A DNA stretch of 50,364 bases from a virus (lineage: Duplodnaviria > Heunggongvirae > Uroviricota > Caudoviricetes): positions 1-50,364 of IMG/VR virus record IMGVR_UViG_2563366831_000011. One strand, written 5' to 3'. A program made the translations under genes and the position numbers. The notes beneath the pieces are model-generated. The model saw only the letters and a program-made list of their open reading frames with translations. It did no database searches and was not told the DNA's origin. Numbering within the stretch: the stretch's first letter is position 1; each line of letters begins with the position of its first letter. Shown in pieces: positions 8,799-18,526 of this stretch.

Positions 8799-10023
8799 TT
8801 ACCGCCTCCGTTATGATGTTTGTCGCATCGAGGGTCGGTTCCTGATCTATCCCCATAGTCAGCGCACTAGACCAGGTGGTTCCGTCCAGAGAGATCTGGA
8901 CAGAAAGAACGTTCATGTTCTGTGCATCGAGCGCCTGAATGGGTCCGATATAGCGGCTGCCATAAATTCGCGCGCCGGCACGCGCCCGGGTACCTCCATC
9001 TGCGCCGGTAAAGGCATTCAGGACGACCGTTCTGATCTGCGCGTTGATATCTGACGGAAGGCCATCATTTTCCTCATATTCCACCTTGATATGAACACTC
9101 ACCGCGTCCAGCGTTTTCCACCTGTAGGTGTACTCCGGATAAGGGGCGTCATAATTTTCGGTATCCTGCACGGTCCCGGTGGTGTCACCGTTCATAACGG
9201 TGCCCGGGGGGAGTTTTTTATTGATGGCCGCTGCAATCTCAGCTACTGCCCCGCCATAAACCCCGATATAAATCGAGCTGGCCAGCAGTGTGTAATTCGT
9301 GGAACCTTTTTCGACGGAAGTCGGCTCTTTGTTGTCGATCACATAAACATCAAGCACCCCGTCGACTTCCAGGACAGCAGCCCGCACAGCCGCCGCCGTG
9401 TTGAAGGCGTTACGTGCCACTGACTGGCGACGGCGATACTCAAATGCAGATCGCCCTTCAACATTCGAGCCCGGTACACCCGCGGTCTCGTTGGTGATAC
9501 TCGACCAGCCACTTACCGCGACATAGATGTTTGTCAGCGTACCGATGGGGCAAGCTATCGGACCGGTAGTCAGGTTCTGGAACTCAATTTTTACCGTCCC
9601 GTCTGCGCCAATCGTTCCGGCCGCCAGGGACACGTACATATAACCGTTATCGTCTGTTGCATAGGACTGTGCCGGAATAACCGTTCCCGGTACGCCGGAG
9701 CATGTGGCCGTTACAACCGTACCCGCAGCAGCAATACGATCGAGGAAGTAAATCCTGCCAATGCCATCCTGAAATCTTCCGGAGGAAAAGTCCGGGTTCA
9801 TGTTGTTGACGATAGCCAGAAGCTGATCGTTCTTGTCTGCGATGATTGCAGTATCAGTGACAGCCAGTTGCCCCTGTGGCGTCTTGAGGTTCGTGCTCAT
9901 CGCCGTCCCGAATGCAGAACCAATATCTGCTATACGCCCGGCAAGAATGTCTCCCTCATCCGGAACATCAAGGCCAGTGGTGGAAAAGGTCACGGCCGGT
10001 ACCGCCGTAGAGATTGTCGTCAT
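8791..10023 (-). CDS. Baseplate J-like protein
   Basis: 410 aa from MTTISTAV (GAGGA SD); size and position fit the baseplate J/gp47 family; assignment by recalled family features. Confidence 0.6.
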   Translation of the reverse strand: MTTISTAVPAVTFSTTGLDVPDEGDILAGRIADIGSAFGTAMSTNLKTPQGQLAVTDTAIIADKNDQLLAIVNNMNPDFSSGRFQDGIGRIYFLDRIAAAGTVVTATCSGVPGTVIPAQSYATDDNGYMYVSLAAGTIGADGTVKIEFQNLTTGPIACPIGTLTNIYVAVSGWSSITNETAGVPGSNVEGRSAFEYRRRQSVARNAFNTAAAVRAAVLEVDGVLDVYVIDNKEPTSVEKGSTNYTLLASSIYIGVYGGAVAEIAAAINKKLPPGTVMNGDTTGTVQDTENYDAPYPEYTYRWKTLDAVSVHIKVEYEENDGLPSDINAQIRTVVLNAFTGADGGTRARAGARIYGSRYIGPIQALDAQNMNVLSVQISLDGTTWSSALTMGIDQEPTLDATNIITEAVSE

Positions 10024-10030
10024 TTTTTCC

Positions 10031-10387
10031 TCACAGGGTGACGCTGGAATCCAGGCCGTTGGTATCCACGATCGCAATAACGCCGGTAGTGCGGCGCGTA
10101 TCGCGGTTGTTAATCAGCGTCGGCTCAGCTCGCGCGATATAGCTCATCCGCAACGCTTCAACCTGAAGCGCGGCCGCCATGGCGCCAGTGCTGGCCTTAA
10201 CGTTAAGCAGCTCTTTGTAATTAACGCCGGTGTCTTTTTCGTAAATGCACTCGCCGCGTATAGCCAGGCATGCCGTCGCTACGTCCTGAGCGCAGGCGTA
10301 GGGGTTTTCAACCGTGGCGATATTACCCAGCTCATCAAGGACAAGATCCCAGGTGTCGGGATCGAGTTTGAGAGAGATTGTTTTCAT
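10031..10387 (-). CDS. Small baseplate protein (gpW/gp25-like position)
   Basis: 118 aa ORF immediately upstream of the J-like gene. Confidence 0.45.
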   Translation of the reverse strand: MKTISLKLDPDTWDLVLDELGNIATVENPYACAQDVATACLAIRGECIYEKDTGVNYKELLNVKASTGAMAAALQVEALRMSYIARAEPTLINNRDTRRTTGVIAIVDTNGLDSSVTL

Positions 10388-10442
10388 GGATTTCGCCCAT
10401 AAAAAAACCCAGCCGAAGCTGGGTTTGTTAAGTTGTCAATTG

Positions 10443-11447
10443 TCAGTAGCGATGCAGTGAAGGCGGCAACTCTTTGTTCTTAAGTCTTACCCATGCGGAA
10501 AGATTCGTTGGTCCGTCTGGCTCATTGATATCAACATCTCGTGTGTGGTTGATTAAAACGTCTCTCGCCATTCCGATAACATACGAAAACTCATGACCGT
10601 AGTCGTAGCATCTTCCGGAATAGTTCGATTGAATTTGTTTTAATGCCGGATACAGTTCGCGGAATAATGCCTGTGATCGGTTAGCATAATCCCACAACCA
10701 TACAAGGCTGTTTGCTTCTTTTGCAGAAAGCTCGTTGGTGCTCTTCTCTTGTTTGCCAATGAACTCACCTTCAAGTGGAACTCGAGCTGCAAGTGACAGT
10801 GCTTCGGTAAACTGCTCCTCACTGATTTCTTTGTACGAACAGCCAAAATGAGATTTCAGTGACGACCACATAGTGATCATCGCCTTCGCCTGTTTTTCTT
10901 TTGGCAGAGACTGACCGCGACTCATGACGAGTTGTTTAATAGCTTCCTGCTGTTCAGTGGTGATTTTACCCGGCAACACCTTTTTAGCTTTGCGCGGGTT
11001 AACCACATGGCCTTTAGTCCAGTACTCGTAGAGCACATCGTCACACTCTTCCTGATACTGGATTACCTTGTCGCGGATTTCAGGGCGGACTTTGTTTGGT
11101 TGAATGCTTGAAAGCCAAGCCGCAAATTTACGAAAGGCAAGACATGTCATTAACTGTTTACCGCCAGCAGAAGGTATTTCGATTTCCGAAATACCTTTGG
11201 CAAACCTCTGTTTTAACTTAACAAATTGAGCAGCCCAAACCATCCCCATACCTTCAACAACAGGCTTCATAGGAACATAAGGCTCATTGTTAATTCCAAC
11301 CAAAAAGAGATTTGTTCCGTGGAATGGAACATTGATTGTGCGATCTGCAATTGCTAAACTAGTCATATCAGTTTTCTCGTGGTTAACTGGTAATTTAGAA
11401 GCCTCAATGGTTGCAGCCATTGAGGCTTCGCTGTTTTTAGCGACCAT
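10443..11447 (-). CDS. ant: Antirepressor (P22 Ant-like)
   Basis: 334 aa from MVAKNSE (GAGGTG SD; tracked ORF starts upstream at 11489); directly downstream of an Arc-like RHH gene and divergent from an Mnt-like gene, as in P22 immI. Confidence 0.55.
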   Translation of the reverse strand: MVAKNSEASMAATIEASKLPVNHEKTDMTSLAIADRTINVPFHGTNLFLVGINNEPYVPMKPVVEGMGMVWAAQFVKLKQRFAKGISEIEIPSAGGKQLMTCLAFRKFAAWLSSIQPNKVRPEIRDKVIQYQEECDDVLYEYWTKGHVVNPRKAKKVLPGKITTEQQEAIKQLVMSRGQSLPKEKQAKAMITMWSSLKSHFGCSYKEISEEQFTEALSLAARVPLEGEFIGKQEKSTNELSAKEANSLVWLWDYANRSQALFRELYPALKQIQSNYSGRCYDYGHEFSYVIGMARDVLINHTRDVDINEPDGPTNLSAWVRLKNKELPPSLHRY

Positions 11448-11610
11448 TCGCCACCTCTTCCCTAACACCTTTTGCCAGCAAACGAACAATTGCAGAGTTC
11501 AGAGATATACAGTCCATTTCCGCCAGGCGGCGAAGGTCTTCATTCAGCCGTGATGGAAGGCGAAGGTTGAGTTTGATATTTTTGCGCTCAGTGAAAAGTG
11601 TATCTTGCAT
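11437..11610 (-). CDS. arc: Arc-like ribbon-helix-helix repressor
   Basis: 57-aa ORF found by hand (below the ORF-track cutoff): [45 protein letters not shown]; RHH pattern similar to P22 Arc. Confidence 0.55.
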   Translation of the reverse strand: MQDTLFTERKNIKLNLRLPSRLNEDLRRLAEMDCISLNSAIVRLLAKGVREEVANGR

Positions 11611-11717
11611 TATCTAATCTCCTTTATTTGGTGCCAAAGTGACACCATGAAGGCCATGATGCCACCATTGAAATCGTATGGCAATATGGCACCATGATTT
11701 TTTTTGAGAGATTTGCA
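11611..11717. promoter_or_regulatory. Divergent promoter/operator region between arc-ant and mnt
   Basis: 107-bp intergenic with repeated GGTGCCA/TGGCACC-type motifs; by analogy with P22 Pant/Pmnt. Confidence 0.4.
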
Positions 11718-12038
11718 ATGGCCGAAAAACAAGTAAAAGACTACGACAAGTTCAACCTCCGTTTTCCTGACGGAATGCGAGATGCTATAGCTGAACGAGC
11801 CAAACGAAACGGGCGCTCTATGAACTCAGAGATTGTTCAGATACTGGAAGATGCCTTGAATGCAGAAAATACACTCGGGGAAATAGCAGATAAAATTAAC
11901 AGCGTCTCGGTTCCGCTAAATGTTGATGCGCTAGTTCAACTTCAAGCCCAGGTTATCGCCATGCAAAAAGAAATACAGGAAAAGTTCAGAGAGCAGAACG
12001 AAAAGTTGAGAGAACTGCTAAACAAAAAACCCACCTGA
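11718..12038 (+). CDS. mnt: Mnt-like ribbon-helix-helix repressor
   Basis: 106 aa from MAEKQVKD; FNLRFPDGMRDAIAERAKRNGRSMNSEIVQILEDAL resembles the P22 Mnt N-terminus; coiled-coil C-terminus. Confidence 0.6.
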   Translation: MAEKQVKDYDKFNLRFPDGMRDAIAERAKRNGRSMNSEIVQILEDALNAENTLGEIADKINSVSVPLNVDALVQLQAQVIAMQKEIQEKFREQNEKLRELLNKKPT

Positions 12039-12049
12039 CGGTGGGTTTT
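12024..12049. terminator. Bidirectional intrinsic terminator
   Basis: AAAAAA-CCCACC-TGAC-GGTGGG-TTTT between convergent mnt and the lipoprotein gene. Confidence 0.55.
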
Positions 12050-12051
12050 GG

Positions 12052-12705
12052 CTAGTACATCGACTTGATCTGCGTGGTACCGTCCGGAACGCCGTACTTG
12101 CTCATTTTCCAACAGGCCTCAGCAACCTGGATTATTTGGTATCTCATTTCAGGGCCAATTCCTTCTGTTAAGCTAATGTGCTGTTTCATAAACTCAAGGG
12201 TCACGCCTTCCCTTTGGGCTGCCCCCGCCACCCGGCACATATGCCTTACCCCGGCGTCAGAATCAGCCTGCTGGTATGGGTATCGGGCCATTAGAGAATA
12301 GTAGACATTATTTAAAGTGTAAGACGCAGCATCAATCTCACGCTTGGCCATACACTCCTTACTAGCCTGACACTCAGCTTCTTTCTGTGCTGCAAATGCT
12401 TCGTTTTCTTTTCTTTCTTTTTCTCTTTTTTTATCCATCATGGAATCGAAGACATTGGCATATTTATTGTAGTAGCAGACGTTATCTTTAAGGCATTCGC
12501 TTGTGTTTTGCTCAGGAAGGTTTAATCCAGTAACGTTTTTATATATCTCTCTTAGATCGTCTACAGACTGAGTACCACCTGAATTTGTTTTGAATTTTTG
12601 CTTATCAAAGCCATGCTCTTTTTGGTATTGGATAGCCTCAGTAGGAGATAAAGCACAGCTTGATAATAAAAATACCAAGGGGATAAAATATATTTTACTT
12701 ACCAT
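12052..12705 (-). CDS. Lipoprotein, unknown function
   Basis: 217 aa; N-terminal signal peptide with lipobox LLSSC; charged coiled segment; last gene downstream of the gpV-like spike gene. Confidence 0.6.
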   Translation of the reverse strand: MVSKIYFIPLVFLLSSCALSPTEAIQYQKEHGFDKQKFKTNSGGTQSVDDLREIYKNVTGLNLPEQNTSECLKDNVCYYNKYANVFDSMMDKKREKERKENEAFAAQKEAECQASKECMAKREIDAASYTLNNVYYSLMARYPYQQADSDAGVRHMCRVAGAAQREGVTLEFMKQHISLTEGIGPEMRYQIIQVAEACWKMSKYGVPDGTTQIKSMY

Positions 12706-12706
12706 T

Positions 12707-13294
12707 TCACGGCTCCAGGGGTTCAGTTCGGCTTCCTCCTGATACTACCCCACCATGAGTATGCCCATCAACGATAGAACCGTCGACAAGCTCAAGCTGC
12801 CCGTTTGGATGGACTTTCAGGCCGTTGATGTTAACCACTCCAGGGCTCTGTATGTTTATTCCGCTTCCTGTAAACTCAGCGAACTCCGTGGGTTCATCGT
12901 TCAAACTAGCGATAGCAGTGATGTAAACAGCATCCGAGTATGAATGGCGCCGCTGAGTTGGCGGTGGTCCACTTTGCCTTGACGCTCTGACATTGGTTGT
13001 GTCTTTGTCACAGGCGATTACCAGTCCAATATCGCCAATGCGGGGAGTCATTTTTACAGCGCTGTTCCCAGCCTGATACCGAATGAAGGGGATGTCATAT
13101 ACCTCCTGACATTTAATCTCCCCCCCGGAAACGTTCGCGCCGCTCACAAGAGGTAGCACAGTCATAACGCCATCACCAACATCTTTAACCAGAACAATAT
13201 CTGCAAAAACATTGCCCTTTGATGCCGTGGCTATAAGGGACAAGATCGCGTTACCCTGACAGGAGATATCAGAAGCTTTTTGGTTAGTTGCCAT
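12707..13294 (-). CDS. Baseplate central spike protein (gpV-like)
   Basis: 195 aa from MATNQKAS (GGAGGGG SD); C-terminal HTHGG motif typical of spike tips; position in baseplate cluster. Confidence 0.5.
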   Translation of the reverse strand: MATNQKASDISCQGNAILSLIATASKGNVFADIVLVKDVGDGVMTVLPLVSGANVSGGEIKCQEVYDIPFIRYQAGNSAVKMTPRIGDIGLVIACDKDTTNVRASRQSGPPPTQRRHSYSDAVYITAIASLNDEPTEFAEFTGSGINIQSPGVVNINGLKVHPNGQLELVDGSIVDGHTHGGVVSGGSRTEPLEP

Positions 13295-14153
13295 TGCTTT
13301 CCCCTCCGATGACAGATGCCGGAGATGCCACAACAAACGTCTCCCAAAGCCCACCAGGCACTTTACAGGACAGATAGTGGGTAGTCCCCGCCTGCACCAC
13401 CCACTCGCCGCTAGCGTGTGGCAAGTCTGTTTTCAGGATGATCTTCGTATTCAATTTTAGCGCCGGTGAATAAATGCACCTAAAGTTAATCCCCATCTCA
13501 TAAAATATTGGATACCCAATAAGTCCATGCTCTGGCGAAATTAACGGAACAACTGAATCCGACGGTGTTTTGCCTGTATAAATTGTGACAGTGCCAAAAT
13601 CTATATCAACAGATATGTCATGCGCTGCCGCAATTTTTAATATTTGGATTATTGCGTTGTCATCGAAATACGGATTCCGATGCGTCGCTTTGACGTCGAC
13701 ATTGATGAATTTCAGGCCAACTTTAAAGGCAAGAGCACGAATCATATCAGCAACATCAGCATCGCCGCGAATGGACGTAGGCTCGCAGGGGATCAGGCGC
13801 TCCCTGCCGGCGGCCGCCGCGGTTATCTCAATCGGTGCGTCCGGCATCTGGTTCAGGTTAATCCTGGCAGATGTTATTGACCCGGAAAAAACACGGGTGT
13901 CGCCGGCGTAAACGACAATTGAGTTCTGTGCATACGCGATTATCTTTTGCGCGTTGGTCGTCAACTTTGACATGTTTTCCAGGGAAAGTCCCCAGAGGCT
14001 AAGTTCAAGAATCGTTCCGGTAGCGCCGCCAAATGCTGATATAGCCGCCTCACACTTGAAACCTTTAACCGTCAAGGTGTCGCCAATGTCGCCGTCAAAC
14101 GTACCGTTGGCCAGCGTGAACGATACGGTAAGCTCTCTCTCCTTGTAACTCAT
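13284..14153 (-). CDS. Tail/baseplate structural protein (hub-like)
   Basis: 289 aa; between tape measure and spike genes. Confidence 0.45.
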   Translation of the reverse strand: MSYKERELTVSFTLANGTFDGDIGDTLTVKGFKCEAAISAFGGATGTILELSLWGLSLENMSKLTTNAQKIIAYAQNSIVVYAGDTRVFSGSITSARINLNQMPDAPIEITAAAAGRERLIPCEPTSIRGDADVADMIRALAFKVGLKFINVDVKATHRNPYFDDNAIIQILKIAAAHDISVDIDFGTVTIYTGKTPSDSVVPLISPEHGLIGYPIFYEMGINFRCIYSPALKLNTKIILKTDLPHASGEWVVQAGTTHYLSCKVPGGLWETFVVASPASVIGGESNGN

Positions 14154-14455
14154 CTGCCGACCTCACTGCTCGTCGCATAATACAGCTTGAATCTGGTGCC
14201 GATTTCGTCGTAATAGGGATCGGCTGTACCTTTTGAATCAACGAAAACCAGATCGCCACTGAACCCCAGATATTTATACCGAACCAGGTAAACGCAGTTC
14301 AGGCAGAGAACACCCTGAAATATCGGCTTGTCATCGACATACAGATCGGCGTAAAACCCGGTTGAACGCTGATGTAACTTGATCGCGCAGTTCTGGCCGT
14401 CAAGCGTGACATAGACCTTTTGGGATAGTGACGGTGATAAGCTAATTTCCTGCAT
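14150..14455 (-). CDS. Tail protein, hypothetical
   Basis: 101 aa ORF in the tail operon with overlapping stop/start. Confidence 0.4.
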   Translation of the reverse strand: MQEISLSPSLSQKVYVTLDGQNCAIKLHQRSTGFYADLYVDDKPIFQGVLCLNCVYLVRYKYLGFSGDLVFVDSKGTADPYYDEIGTRFKLYYATSSEVGR

Positions 14456-14456
14456 G

Positions 14457-15296
14457 TCACATCACCTTTTCCAGAAAGTCGGAGACGGTGCTTTTTATCT
14501 GCTTAGAAACTGCAGTTGAAGAGCTGTCCCACGACTTAGAGACCGACTCGGCTGCCGAGTTAACGTTAGACACAATCGCCGCCCCAGTCGTCTGGAGAGC
14601 GTCTGATAAGGTTGTATCTGCACTTGACCAGGCATTCTTAACATCGCTCAATGTCACCTCTTTCGTCGCCCCGGTGATCACCTGCGTTGATGCTGCGGCG
14701 CCATTGTTGGTTTTCGCATTGCTGGTCGGCGGCCCTTCAATAACAGCATTTGAAAGCATGACTTCCCCGCCGTCCATGATCTCCTCGAAAGTGCAGTTAG
14801 CCATCAACAACGTCTGCCCGCGATACGAACCCACAAAGTAATCGAAGTGGGTCAGATCGTAGCTGTAATACACCGTGTCCGGCGTCTCGATGTTGTAGGT
14901 GCTGGCCGTGTTTTTCATCTCATCCAGTTTCTGAATGAAATTATTCCTGCTCAGCAGAGAGAAGTTGGTCAGGTTAGGCAGTGACCCGGAAAAAGCCGTC
15001 CACCCCTCAAGGGCAAAAATGATCCTGAGTTCAGACGGCTGTTTCACTTTGTTGTAGGACGTGTACCGGCCCTTTTCTACCGGCCCCTTAGTCACTGCCG
15101 CATCACCGTAGCGATCAACGCTAACCCAGCCGGAAGGAGAGAAAACCTCCTGCCCGGCTGCAGCCGTCAAAAGCGACTCGTCAACGGTGTTATAGGTGAT
15201 CCGGTAAGTTGGCGACAGGGCGCTGTTAAGGACGGATAACAGGCTTCCTCCCTGAATGGCGGATAGCACTGTCGAGACATTCAGAGAAAACGACAT
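14457..15296 (-). CDS. Tail protein, hypothetical
   Basis: 279 aa ORF immediately downstream of the tape measure gene. Confidence 0.45.
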   Translation of the reverse strand: MSFSLNVSTVLSAIQGGSLLSVLNSALSPTYRITYNTVDESLLTAAAGQEVFSPSGWVSVDRYGDAAVTKGPVEKGRYTSYNKVKQPSELRIIFALEGWTAFSGSLPNLTNFSLLSRNNFIQKLDEMKNTASTYNIETPDTVYYSYDLTHFDYFVGSYRGQTLLMANCTFEEIMDGGEVMLSNAVIEGPPTSNAKTNNGAAASTQVITGATKEVTLSDVKNAWSSADTTLSDALQTTGAAIVSNVNSAAESVSKSWDSSSTAVSKQIKSTVSDFLEKVM

Positions 15297-15299
15297 GAG

Positions 15300-17204
15300 T
15301 TATTGTCCTGAGTAGCCAGCCAAAAGCATGACACGGTTGTCGCCGTGCTTTTTGATGTCGCTGGTAAGCTGTTCCACGTTCTGGGCCTGGGTGGTGATTT
15401 TGGTGCCATAAAAGTTATAAACACCGCCAGCCTGACCCGGCATCGCGCGGTCTACGGCCATCCCGGCCCCGGGGCGCATTCCGGCCATGACTTTAGGGAC
15501 GTAATTTCGAGTTTCCGACGGCAGGTTATCCATGCCTTTCTTCTGGACGTTTCCGAGCCCCCAGTTATAGGAAGCAAGAGTTTTTTCCAGATCTCCGCCA
15601 GTGGCATCCATTAACCATCTTAGATATTTCGCTGCTGCCTCTGCAGACTTGTGGGGATCGTAAACATCACGACCTTTGAGCCCCATATCCTTTGCCGTGC
15701 CAGGCATGAACTGGAACAGGCCTTTGGCTCCGGCCTTCGACTCCGCAAACGGATCACCACCTGATTCAGTAGCAGCTACCGAAGACAGCAGCCCGGCAGG
15801 TAGGTCATATTTACCCTCCAGCGCACCGAACTCACCCGCCATTGCCTGCAAGAATGATTTTCCTTTAATACCCAATTTTGCTGCTTTGGCATTTAATGGG
15901 ATGTTAGGCTGGTATTGGCCTACATCCAATTTCATTGCCGTAGACAAATCCATTTGGGTATCCATCATTGCCTGCTGGTAGGCATTAGGAACAGTCCTCT
16001 GTGAGCCATTAGGAACAGCGCCGGAGTCAATTTGCCGCTGCCTTTCCTCTGCGTCTTTCTTGTTAAGGAAAAACTCTCCATTAGAGGTCCAGAAAATACC
16101 GTGATTTTGCATCCACTCCTTATTTTCCTTGCTCACTATCTTCGACAGGAGCCCGTCAATTATTGGATAGAGCGCAGTTATGGCAAAAATGAGACCACCC
16201 GGACCACTTAGCGCAAACGCAATCCCTCTAAACCATGATGCAACCTTTAAAGCAAGCAACGCGACAATAACATTCTTCCACCCTCCCACTGCGTCGGCTG
16301 CATCATTGGCTGCAGCCGCCACGTCTTTGATGGCGCCGAAAAACGCATCAATACCGGCTTTCATCTCTTTAGGGTGAGATTTCATCCAGTCAGATAAGTC
16401 ACGAAGTACGCCATTGAACTCGCGCACATACGGGATCAGGAAGGTATAAAACTGGTTTTTTGTGGTATCAAGGTTCTGGTTTAATTCAGCCCATGCGGCT
16501 GTAAATTCCTTTGCGCCTTTGGTTGAGGCGTCTGTAATGCCGGAGCTTTTAGTCAGGCGATCAACGTCAGGCAGGAATTGCCCTTCCTGGTTGCGCTGGT
16601 TGATAGCATCATCAATACCTACCAACTGAAGAATCTGACGGCGGATATCTGGATCGGTAACCTTCCTTGCCGAATCCAGTATTTTCCTGAACGTGGTTTG
16701 TGCTGAGTCGTCCCTGATATTGAAAGAATCATGGGTCAGTGAATTAAGCCGGATTGCAGCTTCCTGCACTGGCGTATCGTACACCCCGACCTTAGCCAGT
16801 TGCTTTGCGTTCTGAAACCCCTGCAATGCTGCACTTATTTTCTCGACAGAACTACCGGCCGCCTCTGCCGCCTTGCCCACGCCGTCAAGCTCTTTGGCTG
16901 TCATCCCCAAAGATTTAGCCTGAATGGACAACTCCATTAGCCCTGAGGTAGTGCTTTTCACAAAGCTCATCAGGCCGCCGGCAGTGACGGTAACGCCAGT
17001 CAGTGCCAGCAATTCCGTCTTTATGCTGCCGAAGAATGCTGCTGCCTTTTTCCCCTGCTCCGCCATTTCCTTGGCAGTTTTTTTGGCATCTTCGCGCTGC
17101 TTTTTCAGGTCATCACTGACTTCCTGCTGGCCTTTGCGGAACTGAGAAGTATCAAGGCCCAGCGTAACCAGGAGGGCGTCAATTACCGTTGCTGCCATGA
17201 TCAC
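15300..17204 (-). CDS. Tail tape measure protein with lytic transglycosylase (SLT) domain
   Basis: 634 aa; helical N-terminal part; C-terminal SLT signature VAATESGGDPFAESKAGAKGLFQFMPGTA. Confidence 0.75.
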   Translation of the reverse strand: MIMAATVIDALLVTLGLDTSQFRKGQQEVSDDLKKQREDAKKTAKEMAEQGKKAAAFFGSIKTELLALTGVTVTAGGLMSFVKSTTSGLMELSIQAKSLGMTAKELDGVGKAAEAAGSSVEKISAALQGFQNAKQLAKVGVYDTPVQEAAIRLNSLTHDSFNIRDDSAQTTFRKILDSARKVTDPDIRRQILQLVGIDDAINQRNQEGQFLPDVDRLTKSSGITDASTKGAKEFTAAWAELNQNLDTTKNQFYTFLIPYVREFNGVLRDLSDWMKSHPKEMKAGIDAFFGAIKDVAAAANDAADAVGGWKNVIVALLALKVASWFRGIAFALSGPGGLIFAITALYPIIDGLLSKIVSKENKEWMQNHGIFWTSNGEFFLNKKDAEERQRQIDSGAVPNGSQRTVPNAYQQAMMDTQMDLSTAMKLDVGQYQPNIPLNAKAAKLGIKGKSFLQAMAGEFGALEGKYDLPAGLLSSVAATESGGDPFAESKAGAKGLFQFMPGTAKDMGLKGRDVYDPHKSAEAAAKYLRWLMDATGGDLEKTLASYNWGLGNVQKKGMDNLPSETRNYVPKVMAGMRPGAGMAVDRAMPGQAGGVYNFYGTKITTQAQNVEQLTSDIKKHGDNRVMLLAGYSGQ

Positions 17205-17402
17205 TCTCCGCTGCTATGGCTCTGTTGGTGTTATCCACGGTCATTATTTCTATCAGCCACCACATATCCTGAACGCTGTATACCGTGTCCAGTTCGTGGA
17301 GTGTCGCCATTTTCCCGGAGATCACCGCGGCGATGGTGCGCGGTACATTCGCATACTGTATGAAGCCGCGATCTGAATCTTCCGGGACGGATAGGGGAAT
17401 TT

Positions 17403-17879
17403 CTAACTTGCGGTGGCTGCTACAAAAGCGATATGGAGTTTGAAGGCTTCGATTTTCAGGCGCGACCAGGTGCTGATTTCTTCGATCTGACCTTCGTCAA
17501 CAAGCGCTGTTTCGATACCATTACCGCCGAGGAATTTCACGCAGCCAAGCAACTCATCAAGCAGAGGCTTTGACTGTGCGAACGGAACTTTAGCCAGTGA
17601 AGTGATACCCCACTGAGCGAGTCCGGCCATACCGCTGGCCATCACGCTTTCGTACAGCTCGCGAGCTTCTGCGTTATCCTCGGCTGGGGCCGGCGCCACC
17701 GCAGCACCGATGGCCATCATCATATTGTCGGGAACGGTAACGCCGGCGCCAATCACGGCACACGCCAGGCGGATCGCCCACTCTTCGGCCTTTCTCGCCG
17801 GCATTTCGGTGATTTTGAACTGCTTACCCTTGTCACGGTTATCTGCTTCAACCGTGAATACGATGCTTTTACGAGCCAT
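17403..17879 (-). CDS. Tail assembly chaperone-like protein
   Basis: 158 aa gene just upstream of the tape measure gene; the -1 frame stays open across its stop into the tape measure start. Confidence 0.4.
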   Translation of the reverse strand: MARKSIVFTVEADNRDKGKQFKITEMPARKAEEWAIRLACAVIGAGVTVPDNMMMAIGAAVAPAPAEDNAEARELYESVMASGMAGLAQWGITSLAKVPFAQSKPLLDELLGCVKFLGGNGIETALVDEGQIEEISTWSRLKIEAFKLHIAFVAATAS

Positions 17880-17915
17880 TTTTGTTTCCTGAATGAGTTA
17901 TCTGGCAATAAATAA

Positions 17916-17962
17916 GCCCACCGTAGTGGGCCATTCAAAAACCACGAATTTGTGGTTTTCAT
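17916..17962 (-). terminator. Tandem hairpins downstream of rha copy 1
   Basis: AAAACCAC-GAATTT-GTGGTTTT and GCCCAC-CGTA-GTGGGC followed by T-rich tracts on the minus strand. Confidence 0.45.
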
Positions 17963-18516
17963 GATTCGGTAAGCGCACCAGGAAAACCGGGCAATGCCAA
18001 CTGACCTTGCTTGTCCAGTTGCTCAATGCGTGAAAGTAGCTGTGGCTTCTTCTCTTTCCCCCACCGGCGCAACAGACGACCAGACATACTGGCAACATCC
18101 TTCTCTTTAAGGAACTCCAGCATGACGGCGTTACGCTCTTCTTCAAACTGGCGCCGCCCAACCTGAAGCATCGCGTACATCCAGTTGAAGGCGTTGATGT
18201 AGGCGATCTTGATACGCATCGCCTCTTTTTTGGTGTAGGACATAACCAGAAGCATCAATCCATCTTTGCGGAGGCGATAGAACTTCTGCGGCTTTCCGTT
18301 CTGCAACTCATTGTTTTTATAGCAAACCTCAAAATTGAGTTTTGTATCGAACTCTTCCGGGCATGCCTTAATAGTCTTTTCGATATCACGAATGACGTTG
18401 TCAGGACGTTTCCCAAATGCCTTCGCCACCATAAACGAGTCAGTTACCGGGTCGTTGTCAGCAACAAAAATGAGGTCACGGAAATCAAGTCCGTTAATAA
18501 CTGTTGGGTATGACAT
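17959..18516 (-). CDS. rha: Rha-family phage regulatory protein (moron copy 1)
   Basis: 185 aa; recalled Rha-family N-terminal domain; inserted between tail tube and chaperone genes and flanked by terminators. Confidence 0.65.
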   Translation of the reverse strand: MSYPTVINGLDFRDLIFVADNDPVTDSFMVAKAFGKRPDNVIRDIEKTIKACPEEFDTKLNFEVCYKNNELQNGKPQKFYRLRKDGLMLLVMSYTKKEAMRIKIAYINAFNWMYAMLQVGRRQFEEERNAVMLEFLKEKDVASMSGRLLRRWGKEKKPQLLSRIEQLDKQGQLALPGFPGALTES

Positions 18517-18526
18517 TGCGGTATTT

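Noticed and set aside
8127-10402. Plus-strand ORFs of 110-204 aa
   Set aside because: Antisense to the baseplate I-, J- and W-like genes, which have consistent operon structure.
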